Shown one piece after another: positions 37,089-48,941 of a stretch of DNA of 64,000 nucleotides. The notes beneath the pieces were generated by a model, which saw only the letters and a list, made by a program, of their open reading frames with translations, had not been told where the DNA came from and ran no database searches. The stretch's first letter is position 1; each line of letters opens with the position of its first letter. The stretch is from Clostridia bacterium (GTDB lineage: Bacteria; Bacillota; Clostridia; Saccharofermentanales; UBA5734): positions 3,382 to 67,381 of the forward strand of contig JAXGZQ010000003.1 in the NCBI GenBank assembly GCA_040776905.1, in the 5' to 3' direction. The translations under genes and the position numbers were made by a program.

Positions 37089-38255
37089 TCAATCCTCGGT
37101 TTCAGCAGCTTCCGCATCCGCCTTGTCCCTGTCATACCGCGCGATGTTGGCTTCATGCTGCTCGAAGGTCTCAGCGAAAGCCGTTGTTCCGTCATAAGCC
37201 GCCGAGAAAAACCAGTATTTGTTCGTTTCAGGGTACAGCGCAGCGAGAATCGCGTCGCGGCCCGGGGAACAGATCGGTCCGGGCGGCAGGCCTCTGTGCT
37301 GATAGGTGTTGTAAAGAGAATCTGAATACATATTCAGTTCATACTGTGACAGCCACATCTTCGGCTCAAGATTGTGCTCCTTGCGCAGATAATTGATGGT
37401 CGGGTCCGCGCTGAGTGTCCAGTTTTCATCATTCAGGCGCTTCCAGTAGACCCCGGCGACCGAGCGCATCTCCTGCCCGTCTCTGGTCTCCAGCTGGATG
37501 ATCGACGCAAGCGTCATCACCTCATCCATGGTCAGGCCCATCTGTTCCGCGCGTTCAAAGTACTTTCCATCATCCTCGTCCAGTTTGCGCTCAGTGTTGT
37601 TGAGAAACGTGCGGAGGATGGTTTCCTCATTTGTGTTCAGGTCGAACTCATAGGTATCGGGAAACAAGTAGCCCTGCAGCAGCCAGTCCCTGCCTTCACG
37701 GTTGTCTATATCTCGGATGAACTCGTAATCAAGAAAAAACTGGGGGTTTCGGACCATGTTATCCAGCCGGGTCTCGTCAAAGTTGACATGGGCGTCACGC
37801 AGCAGCTGCTTGACCTCACGATAAGTCAGTCCTTCCGGAAAAGTCACCCGGACCGCCTGTGGCTTCTGGACGAGGCTGTACATGATCTCATCATAGTTCA
37901 TGGTTTTAAGAACAAAATGAGTGCCGGCCATATACGCTCCGTCAAAGCCGTTGAACTTGGACAGCATTGTGAAAACAAACACATTCTTGATGACACCCTT
38001 TTCCTTGAGCAATTCAGCGATGTCGCGGGTATCGGCCGCACGGGGAATCACCAGTTCAACCGCGTTCGGCGTATCACGATCAATCTCACCGTTCATCGAC
38101 CCGCCCGTGCCATATTGCTCATCGAGACGGTCGAAGCGTTCATTTTGCGAAAGAACATAACTGAATCCGAAATAGAATCCGGCAGCGGATACAGCCAGTA
38201 AAGCAAAGACAACCAAAACGATCGTAATGGTTCGTGTAATGCTTTTGGCAATCAT
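37089..38255 (-). CDS. mltG: Endolytic murein transglycosylase MltG (YceG-like)
   Basis: 388 aa. It has an N-terminal TM anchor and the YNTYQHRGLPPGPICSPG catalytic region. Confidence 0.85.
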   Translation of the reverse strand: MIAKSITRTITIVLVVFALLAVSAAGFYFGFSYVLSQNERFDRLDEQYGTGGSMNGEIDRDTPNAVELVIPRAADTRDIAELLKEKGVIKNVFVFTMLSKFNGFDGAYMAGTHFVLKTMNYDEIMYSLVQKPQAVRVTFPEGLTYREVKQLLRDAHVNFDETRLDNMVRNPQFFLDYEFIRDIDNREGRDWLLQGYLFPDTYEFDLNTNEETILRTFLNNTERKLDEDDGKYFERAEQMGLTMDEVMTLASIIQLETRDGQEMRSVAGVYWKRLNDENWTLSADPTINYLRKEHNLEPKMWLSQYELNMYSDSLYNTYQHRGLPPGPICSPGRDAILAALYPETNKYWFFSAAYDGTTAFAETFEQHEANIARYDRDKADAEAAETED

Positions 38256-38289
38256 GCAGTTACCTCCCTGATCGGCAGCGGATCAGTTC

Positions 38290-40140
38290 TCAGATCCGAG
38301 AGCGCTGTTTGGCACGCAGATCAGCGTTCAACAGCCGCTTGCGCAGGCGGATCGATTTCGGTGTGATCTCGATCAGTTCATCATCACCGACGAATTCCAG
38401 ACACTGCTCAAGGCTCAGATTATTGGGTGTGACCAACCGCAATGCGTCATCCGAACCTGAGGCGCGCATATTCGTGACATGCTTGCGCTTGCAGACATTC
38501 ACGACGATATCTTCATTTTTCGGAGTGCTGCCAACGATCATGCCGGCATAAACCTGTGTTCCGGGTCCGATCATCAGACTGCCCCGTTCCTGGGCATGAT
38601 AGAGACCATAAGCCATCGCCTCGCCTGATTCCCAGGCGACCAGCACACCGTGGCTGCGTGTTTCAATATCGCCTTTGAGAGGCTCAAACCCGTCAATAAC
38701 GCTGTTCATTATACCATTGCCCTTTGTGTCGGTCAAAAACTCGGAGCGATAGCCGATCAGGCCTCGTGAGGGGATCCGGAACTCCAGTCGGGAGTATCCT
38801 TTCTCCGGTGGCAGCATGTTGATCAGTTCCGCGCGGCGTCCGCTCATCTTCTGAATGACGGCACCGACGAAATTTTCCGGTACATCAACCATGACCAGTT
38901 CAACCGGTTCAACTTCAACCCCGTCAATCGTCTTGATGATGACGCGGGGTTTTGACACCTGAAATTCATAGCCTTCGCGCCGCATCGTCTCGATCAGGAT
39001 TGAAAGATGCAGTTCTCCGCGGCCTTTGATAATGAAGGATTCCGTCGTGTCCGTCTCCTCCAGCCGCATGGAAACGTTCGTCTCCATCTCGCGGAACAGG
39101 CGTTCCCTCAACTGACGCGAGGTGACGAAGCGGCCCTCATTGCCGGCGAAAGGACTGTCGTTGACACTGAAGGTCATAGCGATCGTCGGTTCATCAATAT
39201 TGATGAAGGGCAGCGGTTCAGGATGCTCGCGGTCGCAGATCGTATCACCGATATTGATTTCCGGTATACCGGCCAAACAGACAATCTCGCCGATACCAGC
39301 CTGCTCGATTTCCGTACGGTGCAGCCCTTCGAAGCGAAACAGCTTGACCACCCGGGCGGTGGTCACACTCTGGTCGTCAAAGCCGCAGACAGAAACGGTC
39401 TGGCCCTGGCGCACCGTGCCGCGTTCCACGCGTCCGATCGCGATCCGGCCGATGTAATTGTCATAGTCGATATTCGATACGAGCAGCTGTAAAGGCTGGT
39501 CAGGATCACCTTTCGGACTGGGGATGACTGAAATGATCGCCTCATAAACCGGCCTGAAGTTGAAGTCCAGGTCAGTTTTTCCGGTAAAGGCCGTCAGGTC
39601 TTTTAGATTTGCCGACGCGTACCCATCCCGGGCGGACGCGTAAAGAACCGGAAAATCGAGCTGATCGTCATCGGCACCGAGTTCAATGAACAATTCAAGC
39701 ACCATGTCCTCAACTTCCGCCGGGCGGGCGTCAGGACGGTCGACTTTATTGATCAGAACGATCGGCAGAAGACCCATGTCAAGCGCTTTACGCAGAACGA
39801 ACCGGGTCTGCGGCATCGGGCCGTCATAAGCGTCGACGACCAGCATGACACCATCAACCATTTTCAGGATCCGCTCCACCTCACCGCCGAAATCAGCATG
39901 TCCCGGTGTATCAACGATATTGATCCGGATTCCGTTATATTCGATCGCGGTATTTTTGGCCAGGATGGTAATACCGCGCTCCCTCTCAAGATCATTGGAG
40001 TCCATGACCTGCTCAACAACCTGCTCATTTTCGCGAAAGATACCGCTCTGGCGGAGCAGCGCGTCCACAACGGTTGTTTTACCATGGTCAACATGGGCAA
40101 TAATCGCAATATTGCGAAGTTCCTCATTCTGTTTGATCAC
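38290..40140 (-). CDS. typA: Translational GTPase TypA/BipA
   Basis: 616 aa with a GTG start. Motifs are [19 protein letters not shown] and NKVDR. Confidence 0.95.
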   Translation of the reverse strand: MIKQNEELRNIAIIAHVDHGKTTVVDALLRQSGIFRENEQVVEQVMDSNDLERERGITILAKNTAIEYNGIRINIVDTPGHADFGGEVERILKMVDGVMLVVDAYDGPMPQTRFVLRKALDMGLLPIVLINKVDRPDARPAEVEDMVLELFIELGADDDQLDFPVLYASARDGYASANLKDLTAFTGKTDLDFNFRPVYEAIISVIPSPKGDPDQPLQLLVSNIDYDNYIGRIAIGRVERGTVRQGQTVSVCGFDDQSVTTARVVKLFRFEGLHRTEIEQAGIGEIVCLAGIPEINIGDTICDREHPEPLPFINIDEPTIAMTFSVNDSPFAGNEGRFVTSRQLRERLFREMETNVSMRLEETDTTESFIIKGRGELHLSILIETMRREGYEFQVSKPRVIIKTIDGVEVEPVELVMVDVPENFVGAVIQKMSGRRAELINMLPPEKGYSRLEFRIPSRGLIGYRSEFLTDTKGNGIMNSVIDGFEPLKGDIETRSHGVLVAWESGEAMAYGLYHAQERGSLMIGPGTQVYAGMIVGSTPKNEDIVVNVCKRKHVTNMRASGSDDALRLVTPNNLSLEQCLEFVGDDELIEITPKSIRLRKRLLNADLRAKQRSRI

Positions 40141-40190
40141 GTTTGTGTTTCTTCCTTCCTGTCAATCCCGGCCGCAGCGCGGCCGCAGTA

Positions 40191-41516
40191 TTATGATTTT
40201 TCTGTTTTGGGCCGCAGCAGGAACCAGATCGGGCTGCCGTCAAAACCGAAGTTGATCCGCAGCTGGTTCTCAAGATACCGCTCATAGGAGTAGTGCATCA
40301 GATCACGATCGTTAATGAAGAGCGCGATTTGTGGCGGATGTATGCCGACCTGTGTTCCGTAATATATTTTCAAACTCCGTCCTTTATCCTGGGGCGGCGG
40401 GACTCTGGCCGTTGATTCGGCCAGAATGTCATTGAGCAGACCGGTGGTCAGACGACGGCCCGCCTGTTCGTACACCTGGTTGACCAGCTTAAACAGGTCG
40501 CGGACGCGTTGTCCGGTCAGTGCGGATATGAACACAACCGGCGCATATTGCATGAACATGAAGCGGGACTGCACCTCGCGCTTGAATTGTTCGAGCGTGC
40601 CGGTCTCTTTTTCAATCAGATCCCACTTGTTGACCACAATGATCGAAGCTTTGCCGCTGTTATGGGCATGGCCGGCGACTTTGGTATCCTGTTCGGTCAC
40701 ACCTTCTGTCGCATCGATCATGATCAGGCAGACGGACGCGCGGTCAACCGCGGCCAGTGAACGGATCATGCTGTATTTCTCGACCCGGTCTTCAATCCGG
40801 CTTTTGCGGCGCAGGCCAGCGGTATCGATCAGCGTATACCGGCCGAACTCATTATCGAGATCGGAATCGACGGCATCACGGGTTGTGCCGGGAATGTCTG
40901 AGACAATCAGGCGCTGGTTCCCCAGCATACGGTTGATCAGAGATGATTTACCGGCATTCGGCTTGCCGATCACGGCGATTCGGATCCGGTCGTCTTCATT
41001 CTCATCATCGAGTTCCGGCGGGATATGGTCATAAATCGCGTCCAGAAGTTCCCCGAAACCCAATCGGTGGGCCGCTGAAACCGTGTAGATGTCGCCAAGG
41101 CCCAGATTATAGAATTCATAGGCCTCCGCCGGCATTTCACCCACATGATCGACTTTATTGATCGCGACAATGACCGGCTTGCCTGATTTGCGCAGCAAAG
41201 TGGCGATTTCATGATCATCCGCGGTTACGCCGCTTTTCAGATCGGTCAGAAAGACAATTACATCCGCCGTCTCAATCGCGATCAATGCCTGATCACGCAT
41301 CTGGCTGAGAATGATATCATCGCTGTTCGGCTCAATACCGCCGGTGTCAACCACTGAAAAATGACGGCCGTTCCATTCACTGTCGACATAGACACGGTCC
41401 CGCGTGACACCCGGCATATCATCGACGATCGAGACACGCTCGCCGGCCAGAACATTAAAGAATGTTGATTTTCCTACATTGGGACGCCCGACAATGGCGA
41501 CAACAGGTTTACCCAT
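40191..41516 (-). CDS. der: Ribosome biogenesis GTPase Der (EngA)
   Basis: 441 aa. It has two tandem G domains (GRPNVGKST and GKPNAGKSS) plus a KH-like C-terminus. Confidence 0.95.
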   Translation of the reverse strand: MGKPVVAIVGRPNVGKSTFFNVLAGERVSIVDDMPGVTRDRVYVDSEWNGRHFSVVDTGGIEPNSDDIILSQMRDQALIAIETADVIVFLTDLKSGVTADDHEIATLLRKSGKPVIVAINKVDHVGEMPAEAYEFYNLGLGDIYTVSAAHRLGFGELLDAIYDHIPPELDDENEDDRIRIAVIGKPNAGKSSLINRMLGNQRLIVSDIPGTTRDAVDSDLDNEFGRYTLIDTAGLRRKSRIEDRVEKYSMIRSLAAVDRASVCLIMIDATEGVTEQDTKVAGHAHNSGKASIIVVNKWDLIEKETGTLEQFKREVQSRFMFMQYAPVVFISALTGQRVRDLFKLVNQVYEQAGRRLTTGLLNDILAESTARVPPPQDKGRSLKIYYGTQVGIHPPQIALFINDRDLMHYSYERYLENQLRINFGFDGSPIWFLLRPKTEKS

Positions 41517-42969
41517 CCAGACTCATTCCTTTCTCACATGTCAGATGACGGAGGACCGGCAGCCAGTCACTGCCATCAGGCTTGCAGACATGAACCGGAA
41601 GGCCCAGCCGGTCCGCGATATCCTGCAGTGTGGTGTCATCAAGCATCACATCACTGTCAGCACGCAGACAATTCGCCGGTATCAGAAGATGGATCGACTG
41701 ATGCCCCTTGCGGCGCATTTCATCGATGGATTCCGGCAGCTGACGGATCAGATCCTGCCCGGTCAGCAGGCCGGTGACTGTGATCGAAGTGCCGAAGAAC
41801 TCATTATCGATCGGAACTGTTGCCAGTTCAGCCGGTACCTTAGCGGCCATTTCGGTCGCCAGGCTGGCCAGCAGCGGCGCGAAAGAACGGCCGGTGGCAT
41901 GGAGGATGGCATCAGCCGGCTTCGCCTGAGATATCGCGGACAAACGCTTCGGCCAGTCGGATCGGTCAGGTGCGGCGCTGCCGGTTGACACCACCAGACT
42001 TTCTAGGATCACCGTACGGGTCCGGGTGGCCATGCCGATGCCGTTTTCCAGTTGAGGGTAGCCATCATAGGCAGCCTCTTCCGGCAGCGGCCAGCCGGCC
42101 TGCAGATAAAACTCATCCGCGGCGTATATGACACGGCGGCCGGACTGGCTGAGCAGCCGTTCCTGCCAGCGGTGAACCGCCTGCAGCAGCTGAGCCGCTT
42201 CCTCAGGTCCGACCGGCCTCAGCTGGTAGAGTTTGTTTGGCTGGCGAAAACGGGTCAGGCCGACCGGTACGATCGCGACACTGTTCAATGCGGCTCCCAG
42301 TGATGTCAGATCGGTCAGAGTCCGCTCCAGCTCGTCGAGATCATTCAGACCGGGACACAGGACGATCTGGGCATTGATCAGCAATTCAGCCTGCGCGATC
42401 CGGTTCAGCCGTTCCATGATCTGATCAGCTTTGCGATTTCCCATCATCAGGCGGCGCAGTTTCGGATTGGTTGTATGGACAGAAATATTCATCGGTGACA
42501 GACGGTGGCTGATCAGCCGGTCCAGCTCAGAATCCGTCATATTCGTCAATGTCACGTAATTTCCGCTGAGAAACGACATGCGCAGATCATCATCTTTGAA
42601 ATAAAGGGTGTCACGCATTCCGGGCGGCAGCTGGTCGATAAAACAGAAAACACATCGATTATGGCAGGAGCGGCAATCGTCCAGCATGGCCTGTTCAAAG
42701 GAGAGGCCAAGCGGCTCATCCGCGTCTTTTTCGATATCAAATTCCAACAGTTCGCCATCGATTGTCCTGACGGTCAGGATGAGCTGCGGTTCCAGCTGCC
42801 AAAGATAGAAATCAAAAGCGTCAACGATCTCACGGCCATCGAGCATCAGGACAAGGTCGCCCCGGCGCAGGCCAAGCTCAGCGGCGATACTATCCGGATC
42901 AACCGCGGCGATGGCATGTCCCTGGAGCCTTTCCGGCTTCGACTCATGCATGATCATTTCCCCTTTCAA
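41509..42969 (-). CDS. DUF512 domain protein (PDZ + radical-SAM-like)
   Basis: 486 aa. The N-terminus is PDZ-like and a Cys cluster CRSCHNRCVFCF follows. The position upstream of der is typical for Clostridia. It overlaps the der start by 8 nt. Confidence 0.7.
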   Translation of the reverse strand: MKGEMIMHESKPERLQGHAIAAVDPDSIAAELGLRRGDLVLMLDGREIVDAFDFYLWQLEPQLILTVRTIDGELLEFDIEKDADEPLGLSFEQAMLDDCRSCHNRCVFCFIDQLPPGMRDTLYFKDDDLRMSFLSGNYVTLTNMTDSELDRLISHRLSPMNISVHTTNPKLRRLMMGNRKADQIMERLNRIAQAELLINAQIVLCPGLNDLDELERTLTDLTSLGAALNSVAIVPVGLTRFRQPNKLYQLRPVGPEEAAQLLQAVHRWQERLLSQSGRRVIYAADEFYLQAGWPLPEEAAYDGYPQLENGIGMATRTRTVILESLVVSTGSAAPDRSDWPKRLSAISQAKPADAILHATGRSFAPLLASLATEMAAKVPAELATVPIDNEFFGTSITVTGLLTGQDLIRQLPESIDEMRRKGHQSIHLLIPANCLRADSDVMLDDTTLQDIADRLGLPVHVCKPDGSDWLPVLRHLTCEKGMSLDG

Positions 42970-43047
42970 TCAGCAAAAAGCAGCGAGAGTGACTGCTCAT
43001 CCCCGCTGCTAAACAATCCAGATCGTGACAGACATTCTGTCGATTGT

Positions 43048-43233
43048 TTATTCCTGATCTTCAGTCTGAACGACGGCTTTGCCTTTATAATAGCCACAGG
43101 TCTTGCACACCTTGTGTGGCAATTTCTGTGTATGGCACTGCGGGCATTCAACCAGCCCGGGGAGACTCAGTTTCCAGTTTGAGCGGGCACGGGCTGTACG
43201 TGCTTTTGACCATTTACGTTTTGGATTTGCCAT
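43048..43233 (-). CDS. rpmF: 50S ribosomal protein L32
   Basis: 61 aa. It begins MANPKRKWSKARTARARSNW and has the zinc ribbon CPQC...CKTCG. Confidence 0.95.
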   Translation of the reverse strand: MANPKRKWSKARTARARSNWKLSLPGLVECPQCHTQKLPHKVCKTCGYYKGKAVVQTEDQE

Positions 43234-43270
43234 TCCTCTACACCTCCATATTGTGCGAAGAGCTAATGCC

Positions 43271-43813
43271 CTACAGCAATTCTTTTAAACGGCTGAACGG
43301 AGATTCATCAACCTGATGTTCTTCCGCGCAGCGACATTTTCCATTATTCATATTCTGTCCGCAGACCGGACAGAGTCCCTGACAGTCATCACGGCAGTAC
43401 AGCCGGTTCGGCACTGCCAGAAGCAGTTCATCGCGAATGACTTGCCCGATATCAATCTCATGGTCCCTGAACGCGTAAACCTTGTCGTCGTCCAGCTGCT
43501 CATCATCGGCTTCTTCACCGGGCCGGCGGACCGTCGGGTGTTCATCGGGGACAAAGAACACGACAACCGGTACATCCAGTTCCAGCTTCACCTGACTCAG
43601 ACAACGGGCACATGTACCGTTCATCGTCACGGTCATCCGGGCCTCGAGACGGTAGGTTCCATCATCATCACTGACCAGCTCGCCTTTGAGCGACAGCGGT
43701 CCGGTCAGTTCAATATCCGGAAACGGTCCGGCGATCGTATCAGGCTGCAAAGCCAGGTCGACCGGTATCCTATCTGTCAATCCGCGCGCGAGGGATTTGA
43801 TTTTCAGTTTCAT
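43271..43813 (-). CDS. yceD: YceD/DUF177 family protein (23S rRNA accumulation factor)
   Basis: 180 aa. It lies directly upstream of rpmF. The C-terminal motif is CRDDCQGLCPVCGQNMNNGKCRC. Confidence 0.85.
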   Translation of the reverse strand: MKLKIKSLARGLTDRIPVDLALQPDTIAGPFPDIELTGPLSLKGELVSDDDGTYRLEARMTVTMNGTCARCLSQVKLELDVPVVVFFVPDEHPTVRRPGEEADDEQLDDDKVYAFRDHEIDIGQVIRDELLLAVPNRLYCRDDCQGLCPVCGQNMNNGKCRCAEEHQVDESPFSRLKELL

Positions 43814-43956
43814 CGCACACCTCCACAGACGCGAACAATATTATCCAACAGAAACAAGGCGCTGTCAACACTCAGGATGAAAATACAGCAATATGGCCAG
43901 CCCTTCCTGTCCCGGGGCAGGTTCTGCCAGTCAAGTGACGGTGTTTCGCCGGTTTG

Positions 43957-44388
43957 TCAGGCCGGAAGCCTGCGGATCTGGACATTGAGGCGTGTGTTCA
44001 TCCGCTCATGGCGGTTGAGATCGATTGAATAACCGAGCTGGATATAACCGCCGTCTTCTGTCAGCTGGCTTTTGACCAGACTGGTATACAATTCAACATC
44101 AAGATGGCCGAACGGCATCTCCATGCGAGTGATATGACGGGTCCCCGCCGTAAAACTGAGGTCGAGGCGCTGAGCGCCGGAACGTGATAGAGACACCGTT
44201 CCATCATCGTCAACCATCAGTGTCGTCTGTATCCCCTCCATACCAGTCGCTTCGCTTTCTTCATAGATGACGATCCAGGCGGAATCGCGGCGGAACAGAC
44301 GGCCTTCAGTCATCAGGCGGATCTCCTCCGGATCGCCTTCCTCACTCCACTGTCTGCCTTCTATCTTCAATAGTACGTTCTCTTGCAT
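43957..44388 (-). CDS. DUF1934-like beta-barrel protein
   Basis: 143 aa. The size and pattern (IRLMTEGRLF...IVIYEESE...GHLDVELYT) resemble YwiB/DUF1934. Assigned from memory. Confidence 0.5.
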   Translation of the reverse strand: MQENVLLKIEGRQWSEEGDPEEIRLMTEGRLFRRDSAWIVIYEESEATGMEGIQTTLMVDDDGTVSLSRSGAQRLDLSFTAGTRHITRMEMPFGHLDVELYTSLVKSQLTEDGGYIQLGYSIDLNRHERMNTRLNVQIRRLPA

Positions 44389-44394
44389 GCCGTC

Positions 44395-45228
44395 CTATTC
44401 CTTTCCATCATGATACTGTTCAATCGCGATCCGCCGGACATCATCGAGAGTTCGCCCGAGAAAACGCCCACCCAGCTCGCAGAACGGCTCAATACTGTCG
44501 CTGGTAAAGTATCGGTGTTGTCCCGGTTGATCCGATCCCCGCAGCAGACCCTGTGCTTCCAGTGTGTCCCGGACATGGGCAGCCACCCGGCTGCCGGCGT
44601 CAACCAGCCGGACATCCGGACCGATCGCGGCCTGAATGACCGGACGCAGCAGTGGATAATGTGTACAGGCCAGCACCAGTGTGTCAATTTCCTGCTGGCG
44701 GAGCGGAGCAAGATAAATGTCCGCGATCTGGCGGGTCACTGCCAGATCCCACCACCCTTCTTCAGCCAGTCCGACAAACAGCGGGCAGGCCTGTTGTGAA
44801 ATTTGCGTGGCAGACCCTGCCTGCTGGTGGATCGCCTGAACATAGACCCCGCTGTCAACCGTTCCCCGTGTGCCGATGACACCGACGCGGCCATTTGACG
44901 TCAGCTGAGCGGCAGCGCGGGCACCAGGTGTGATCACCTCGATCACCGGTACACCGGCCATGGCGCTGACAGCCTGATAAGCATGTGAACTGGCCGTATT
45001 GCAGGCAATGACGATCAGTTTCACCTGGGATTCCTGCAGGAAACGGGTGATCTGGCGTGAATAGCGGATAATCGTCTCCGGTGACTTGCTGCCATAAGGG
45101 GTCCGTCCTGAATCACCGAAATAAATCGTATGTTCATTCGGCAGCAGCGACATGATTTCCTTCAAAACAGTCAGTCCGCCAAGGCCCGAATCAAAAACAC
45201 CGATCGGCCGTTCTGAACTGATCATCAT
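44395..45228 (-). CDS. murI: Glutamate racemase
   Basis: 277 aa. Motifs are GVFDSGLGGLTV, IACNTAS and LACTHYP. Confidence 0.9.
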   Translation of the reverse strand: MMISSERPIGVFDSGLGGLTVLKEIMSLLPNEHTIYFGDSGRTPYGSKSPETIIRYSRQITRFLQESQVKLIVIACNTASSHAYQAVSAMAGVPVIEVITPGARAAAQLTSNGRVGVIGTRGTVDSGVYVQAIHQQAGSATQISQQACPLFVGLAEEGWWDLAVTRQIADIYLAPLRQQEIDTLVLACTHYPLLRPVIQAAIGPDVRLVDAGSRVAAHVRDTLEAQGLLRGSDQPGQHRYFTSDSIEPFCELGGRFLGRTLDDVRRIAIEQYHDGKE

Positions 45229-46307
45229 GCCAGTTCCCGCCGCGTCGCCGTGAATTCTTCAACGGCCAGCCGGCAGAGCCTGTCGACCAGATCGGGCAGT
45301 GGAAGTCCCGCCAGATGCCACGATTTCGGATAGACACTGATCGCGGTAAATCCCGGCAGATTATTGATCTCATTGAGATAGAGCGTACCGGTCTTTCTAT
45401 CGATGAAAAAATCTACCCGGGCGAGACCGGCGCAGCCGAGGGCATGATAGGCCTGGAACGCGATCTGCCGAATCTGCTCAGCCTGATCGTCCGGCAGGTC
45501 GGCCGGAATCTGGACCAACGCGCCCTCCTCATTCATGTATTTTGTCTCATAATCATAATATTGGACACCGTTGGTGATGATCTCACCGAGCGGGCCGGCC
45601 TCGGCTGAAGTGTTGCCCAGGACCGCGACTTCAACTTCCCGTGCGTTGATAAACGGCTCAATCAGGATTTCCCGGTCAAAACGGCTGACATCATCCAGAG
45701 CGTCGAGCAGTTCTGAGCGGTGGTCTGCCCGATGCGTTCCGATCGATGATCCTCCGTTGCTCGGTTTGAGAAAACAGGGGTAGCCCAGCCGGGTCTCGAT
45801 CAGGTCCACGACCTGATCACGTTGATCCGCCAGCTCGTGACGGCGAACTGAGACGAATGGGCAGACCGGTATTCCCGCTTCACTGAGTATTTTTTTGGTC
45901 AAGACCTTGTCCATCGCCGCCGCCGAAGCCAGAACACCGCTGCCGACATAGGGGATATTGAGCATCGTCAACAGTCCCTGCAGCACACCATCTTCACAAT
46001 TGACACCGTGAACGGCCGGAAAAATACAATCGGGTCGTCGGCCGCATAACTGGATAAACCAGTCAGCGGGTGATGCCGCCAGCTGATTTTCAGCCGGCGG
46101 CAGGATCGCACTTTCCTGCCAGTGGTCGGCCGGAATGTCTTCATCCCGGCCTTCGAAACGGCGCCATTCACCCGTCGGCGTGATACCAATCAGGACCAGA
46201 TCGTAGCCGGCCTGTCTCAGCCCCGCGATGATATTGGCAGCTGAGCGCAGCGAAATCAGATATTCTGTTGAGACACCGCCGAAAATAACGGCGACACATT
46301 GCTTCAT
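45225..46307 (-). CDS. ddl: D-alanine--D-alanine ligase
   Basis: 360 aa with an ATP-grasp fold. Motifs are GGVSTEYLISLRSA and LNEINNLPGFT. It overlaps murI by 4 nt. Confidence 0.9.
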   Translation of the reverse strand: MKQCVAVIFGGVSTEYLISLRSAANIIAGLRQAGYDLVLIGITPTGEWRRFEGRDEDIPADHWQESAILPPAENQLAASPADWFIQLCGRRPDCIFPAVHGVNCEDGVLQGLLTMLNIPYVGSGVLASAAAMDKVLTKKILSEAGIPVCPFVSVRRHELADQRDQVVDLIETRLGYPCFLKPSNGGSSIGTHRADHRSELLDALDDVSRFDREILIEPFINAREVEVAVLGNTSAEAGPLGEIITNGVQYYDYETKYMNEEGALVQIPADLPDDQAEQIRQIAFQAYHALGCAGLARVDFFIDRKTGTLYLNEINNLPGFTAISVYPKSWHLAGLPLPDLVDRLCRLAVEEFTATRRELA

Positions 46308-46470
46308 AGTCCATCACCTGATCATCAGATTGACCGGGCACATCGAATGGCTGTGCCATAATCTCCATCCAGTGTATCGTAACAGGTGATGACTGACAAG
46401 AATCTCCGCCAGTCTCCAGCCACTTGACAGCAGCCTGCGGATATGGCGTATTGTTACACTGGAGGGAGCG

Positions 46471-47469
46471 ATGAAAATGCTTGAATGGACTGTCAGCCGT
46501 GAATACCACCAGCGCAAGCTGATCCGCAGCATCTGCGGCCAGTTTGCCTGGCTGCGGCCTGCCCTGATGTATCGCGCGCTGCGCCGTCGGGACGTGCAGA
46601 TCAACGGGAACCGGATTCACCAGGACCAGACGGTTCATGCCGGCGATCAGATCCGTATCTATGGGATCAGCCCCGACGCGGCAACCGTCCCGGCCACCGG
46701 GCCTCAGCCCGAAATCATCGAATCCGGCGAACACCTGCTGATTGTCAGAAAACCTGCCGGAATCAGTGTTCACCGTGATCCTTCCATGCGGCCGGACGAA
46801 CAGAGCCTGATCGAACGGCTCAAGGATGAGACCGGTGACAGCCGGCTTCGTCTCTGCCATCGCCTGGACCGCCAGACCGAAGGTCTTCTGATCGTTGCCC
46901 GTACCCCGGAAATCGAAACCGCGGTGCGTGAGCTGATGGAGCATAACCTGATCATCAAGCGCTATCGCGCGCTGGTGCAGGGAGTACCCTCCGCCGGTCA
47001 GCCGGTAACGGCACATGACGGTCTCTACTTTCGCGAGTGCCGGGCCTGGCTGGAAAAGCAGACCCGGCAAAAACTGGTTTTCATTCATGAGACCCCGCGG
47101 AAAAATGATCAGCCGATTATAACCCGATACCGAATGATTGGCCGTTACCCCGCCCCGAAAGAAGCGCTTAAGGGCGGAACAGGCGGCAAGTCATCTGAAT
47201 GGGTCAGCGATCTGGAAATCGAACTGCCGACCGGCCGGACCCATCAGATCCGGGCTCATCTGGCCTCGCTCGGCCATCCTCTTCTCGGTGATGGCAAATA
47301 CGGCCGCAACGAGTATAATCGCCATTTCAGCGGGAAGCACGGACTGCTGCGGCGTCAGCAATTGACCGCCGTCTACCTGCATTTCAGCGAAAAAATAAAA
47401 GGCCCGCTGGCCGCGATGGCCGGACGAACCTTTCAGATTGAGCCTGATTTTGACTGGCCGAAAAACTGA
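46471..47469 (+). CDS. RluA-family pseudouridine synthase with N-terminal S4 domain
   Basis: 332 aa. The catalytic motif is HRLDRQTEGLLIVA and GRTHQIRAHLASLGHPLLGDGKYG follows. The specific rRNA target cannot be told from the sequence. Confidence 0.85.
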   Translation: MKMLEWTVSREYHQRKLIRSICGQFAWLRPALMYRALRRRDVQINGNRIHQDQTVHAGDQIRIYGISPDAATVPATGPQPEIIESGEHLLIVRKPAGISVHRDPSMRPDEQSLIERLKDETGDSRLRLCHRLDRQTEGLLIVARTPEIETAVRELMEHNLIIKRYRALVQGVPSAGQPVTAHDGLYFRECRAWLEKQTRQKLVFIHETPRKNDQPIITRYRMIGRYPAPKEALKGGTGGKSSEWVSDLEIELPTGRTHQIRAHLASLGHPLLGDGKYGRNEYNRHFSGKHGLLRRQQLTAVYLHFSEKIKGPLAAMAGRTFQIEPDFDWPKN

Positions 47470-47491
47470 CCACTGTGTCAGATATCCCCGA

Positions 47492-48931
47492 TCAGTACGC
47501 CTTTCCCCAGATGACGTCAGCGACGGCGGGTTTGCCGCAGCAGACGCATGGCCCATTTTGCTCCGGCTGATCAAACGGGATACAGCGGGAAGTCGCACCG
47601 GTCTCCTCCTTGATTTTCGCCTCACAGGCCTCATCGCCACACCATGGGGCGCGGATAAAGCCGGGTTTTTCGGCAATGATCCGGCTGAACTCATCCCAGC
47701 CGGCCGCGCTCCAGATCCGCTCATTCATCCGCTTCAGGGCTTTGGCATAAAGATTATCATGAATATCATCAAGCAGATCGCGGACAGACTGTTCCAGCTG
47801 ATCGAGCGGCAGAACCGTTTTTTCGCCGGTGTCACGCCGTACCGCGACACATTGGCCGGCCGCGAGATCACGAGGGCCGATTTCCAAACGGAGCGGCACA
47901 CCCTTCATTTCATATTCACTGAATTTCCAGCCGGGCATCCGGTCAGAATCATCCAGACGCACCCGCAGCGACCGTCCCAGACGGTCCTTCATCGCCCTGG
48001 CCTGTTCAAGAACACCATCCTTGTGCATGGCGACCGGGACGATCATCACCTGAATCGGCGCGATACACGGCGGCAGCACCAGGCCGCTGTCGTCGCCGTG
48101 AACCATGATCAGCGCTCCGATCGAACGGGTCGAAAGCCCCCAGGATGTCTGGTGGACATACTGCAGCTGGTTATTGCGGTCAGAATACTGAATCTCAAAA
48201 GCCTTGGCAAATCCGTCACCGAAATAATGGCTGGTCGCTGACTGAAGTGCCTTCCCATCATGCATCATGGCCTCAACCGTGTAGGTCTCTTCAGCACCGG
48301 CGAATTTCTCGCTTTCCGTCTTCCGGCCGCGAATGACCGGAATCGCCAGGGCGTCACGATAGAAATCCGCATAAACATCCAGCATGCGCAGGGTTTCCTC
48401 GCGTGCCTCAGCTTCTGTCGCATGGGCGGTATGCCCTTCCTGCCAGTAGAATTCTGTCGAACGCAGGAACGGACGGGTGGTTTTCTCCCACCGGACCACG
48501 GAAACCCATTGATTGTACAATTTCGGCAGATCACGCCAGGAGTGGATAATTTTCGCGTAGTGGTCACAAAATAGTGTTTCAGATGTCGGACGGATGCACA
48601 GACGCTCAGCTAACGCCTCACTGCCGCCATGTGTGACCCATGCCACTTCAGGCGCGAACCCTTCAACATGATCTTTCTCCTTCTGCAGAAGGCTCTCCGG
48701 AATGAACATCGGCATGGCCACGTTCTCATGTCCGGTGTCCTTGAAACGACGGTCAAGATCACTCTGGATATTTTCCCAGATCGCGAATCCATAAGGCCGC
48801 AGAATCATGCAGCCTTTGACCGCAGAATAGTCAATCAGCTCCGCCTTGAGTACCACATCGGTATACCACTGTGTAAAATCGGTCTCCATCGCGGTAATTT
48901 CCGCGACGAGTTTTTCTTTTTGTTTTGCCAT
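47492..48931 (-). CDS. proS: Proline--tRNA ligase (archaeal/eukaryote-like short form)
   Basis: 479 aa with no insertion/editing domain. The N-terminus is [30 protein letters not shown]. The C-terminus is Zn-binding ([23 protein letters not shown]). Confidence 0.95.
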   Translation of the reverse strand: MAKQKEKLVAEITAMETDFTQWYTDVVLKAELIDYSAVKGCMILRPYGFAIWENIQSDLDRRFKDTGHENVAMPMFIPESLLQKEKDHVEGFAPEVAWVTHGGSEALAERLCIRPTSETLFCDHYAKIIHSWRDLPKLYNQWVSVVRWEKTTRPFLRSTEFYWQEGHTAHATEAEAREETLRMLDVYADFYRDALAIPVIRGRKTESEKFAGAEETYTVEAMMHDGKALQSATSHYFGDGFAKAFEIQYSDRNNQLQYVHQTSWGLSTRSIGALIMVHGDDSGLVLPPCIAPIQVMIVPVAMHKDGVLEQARAMKDRLGRSLRVRLDDSDRMPGWKFSEYEMKGVPLRLEIGPRDLAAGQCVAVRRDTGEKTVLPLDQLEQSVRDLLDDIHDNLYAKALKRMNERIWSAAGWDEFSRIIAEKPGFIRAPWCGDEACEAKIKEETGATSRCIPFDQPEQNGPCVCCGKPAVADVIWGKAY

Positions 48932-48941
48932 CGTATCCCCC

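Noticed and set aside
35853-38201. Plus-strand ORFs 35853..36551 (232 aa) and 37374..38201 (275 aa), and the minus-strand ORF 35407..36009
   Set aside because: They are antisense to, or overlap, the well-supported U32 peptidase, mltG and AI-2E transporter genes.
46168-47088. 306-aa minus-strand ORF
   Set aside because: This is an antisense shadow of the RluA-family synthase gene in GC-rich DNA. It has no recognisable motifs, while the plus-strand product has clear catalytic motifs.
47438-48241. 267-aa plus-strand ORF
   Set aside because: It is antisense to proS, which is unambiguous.
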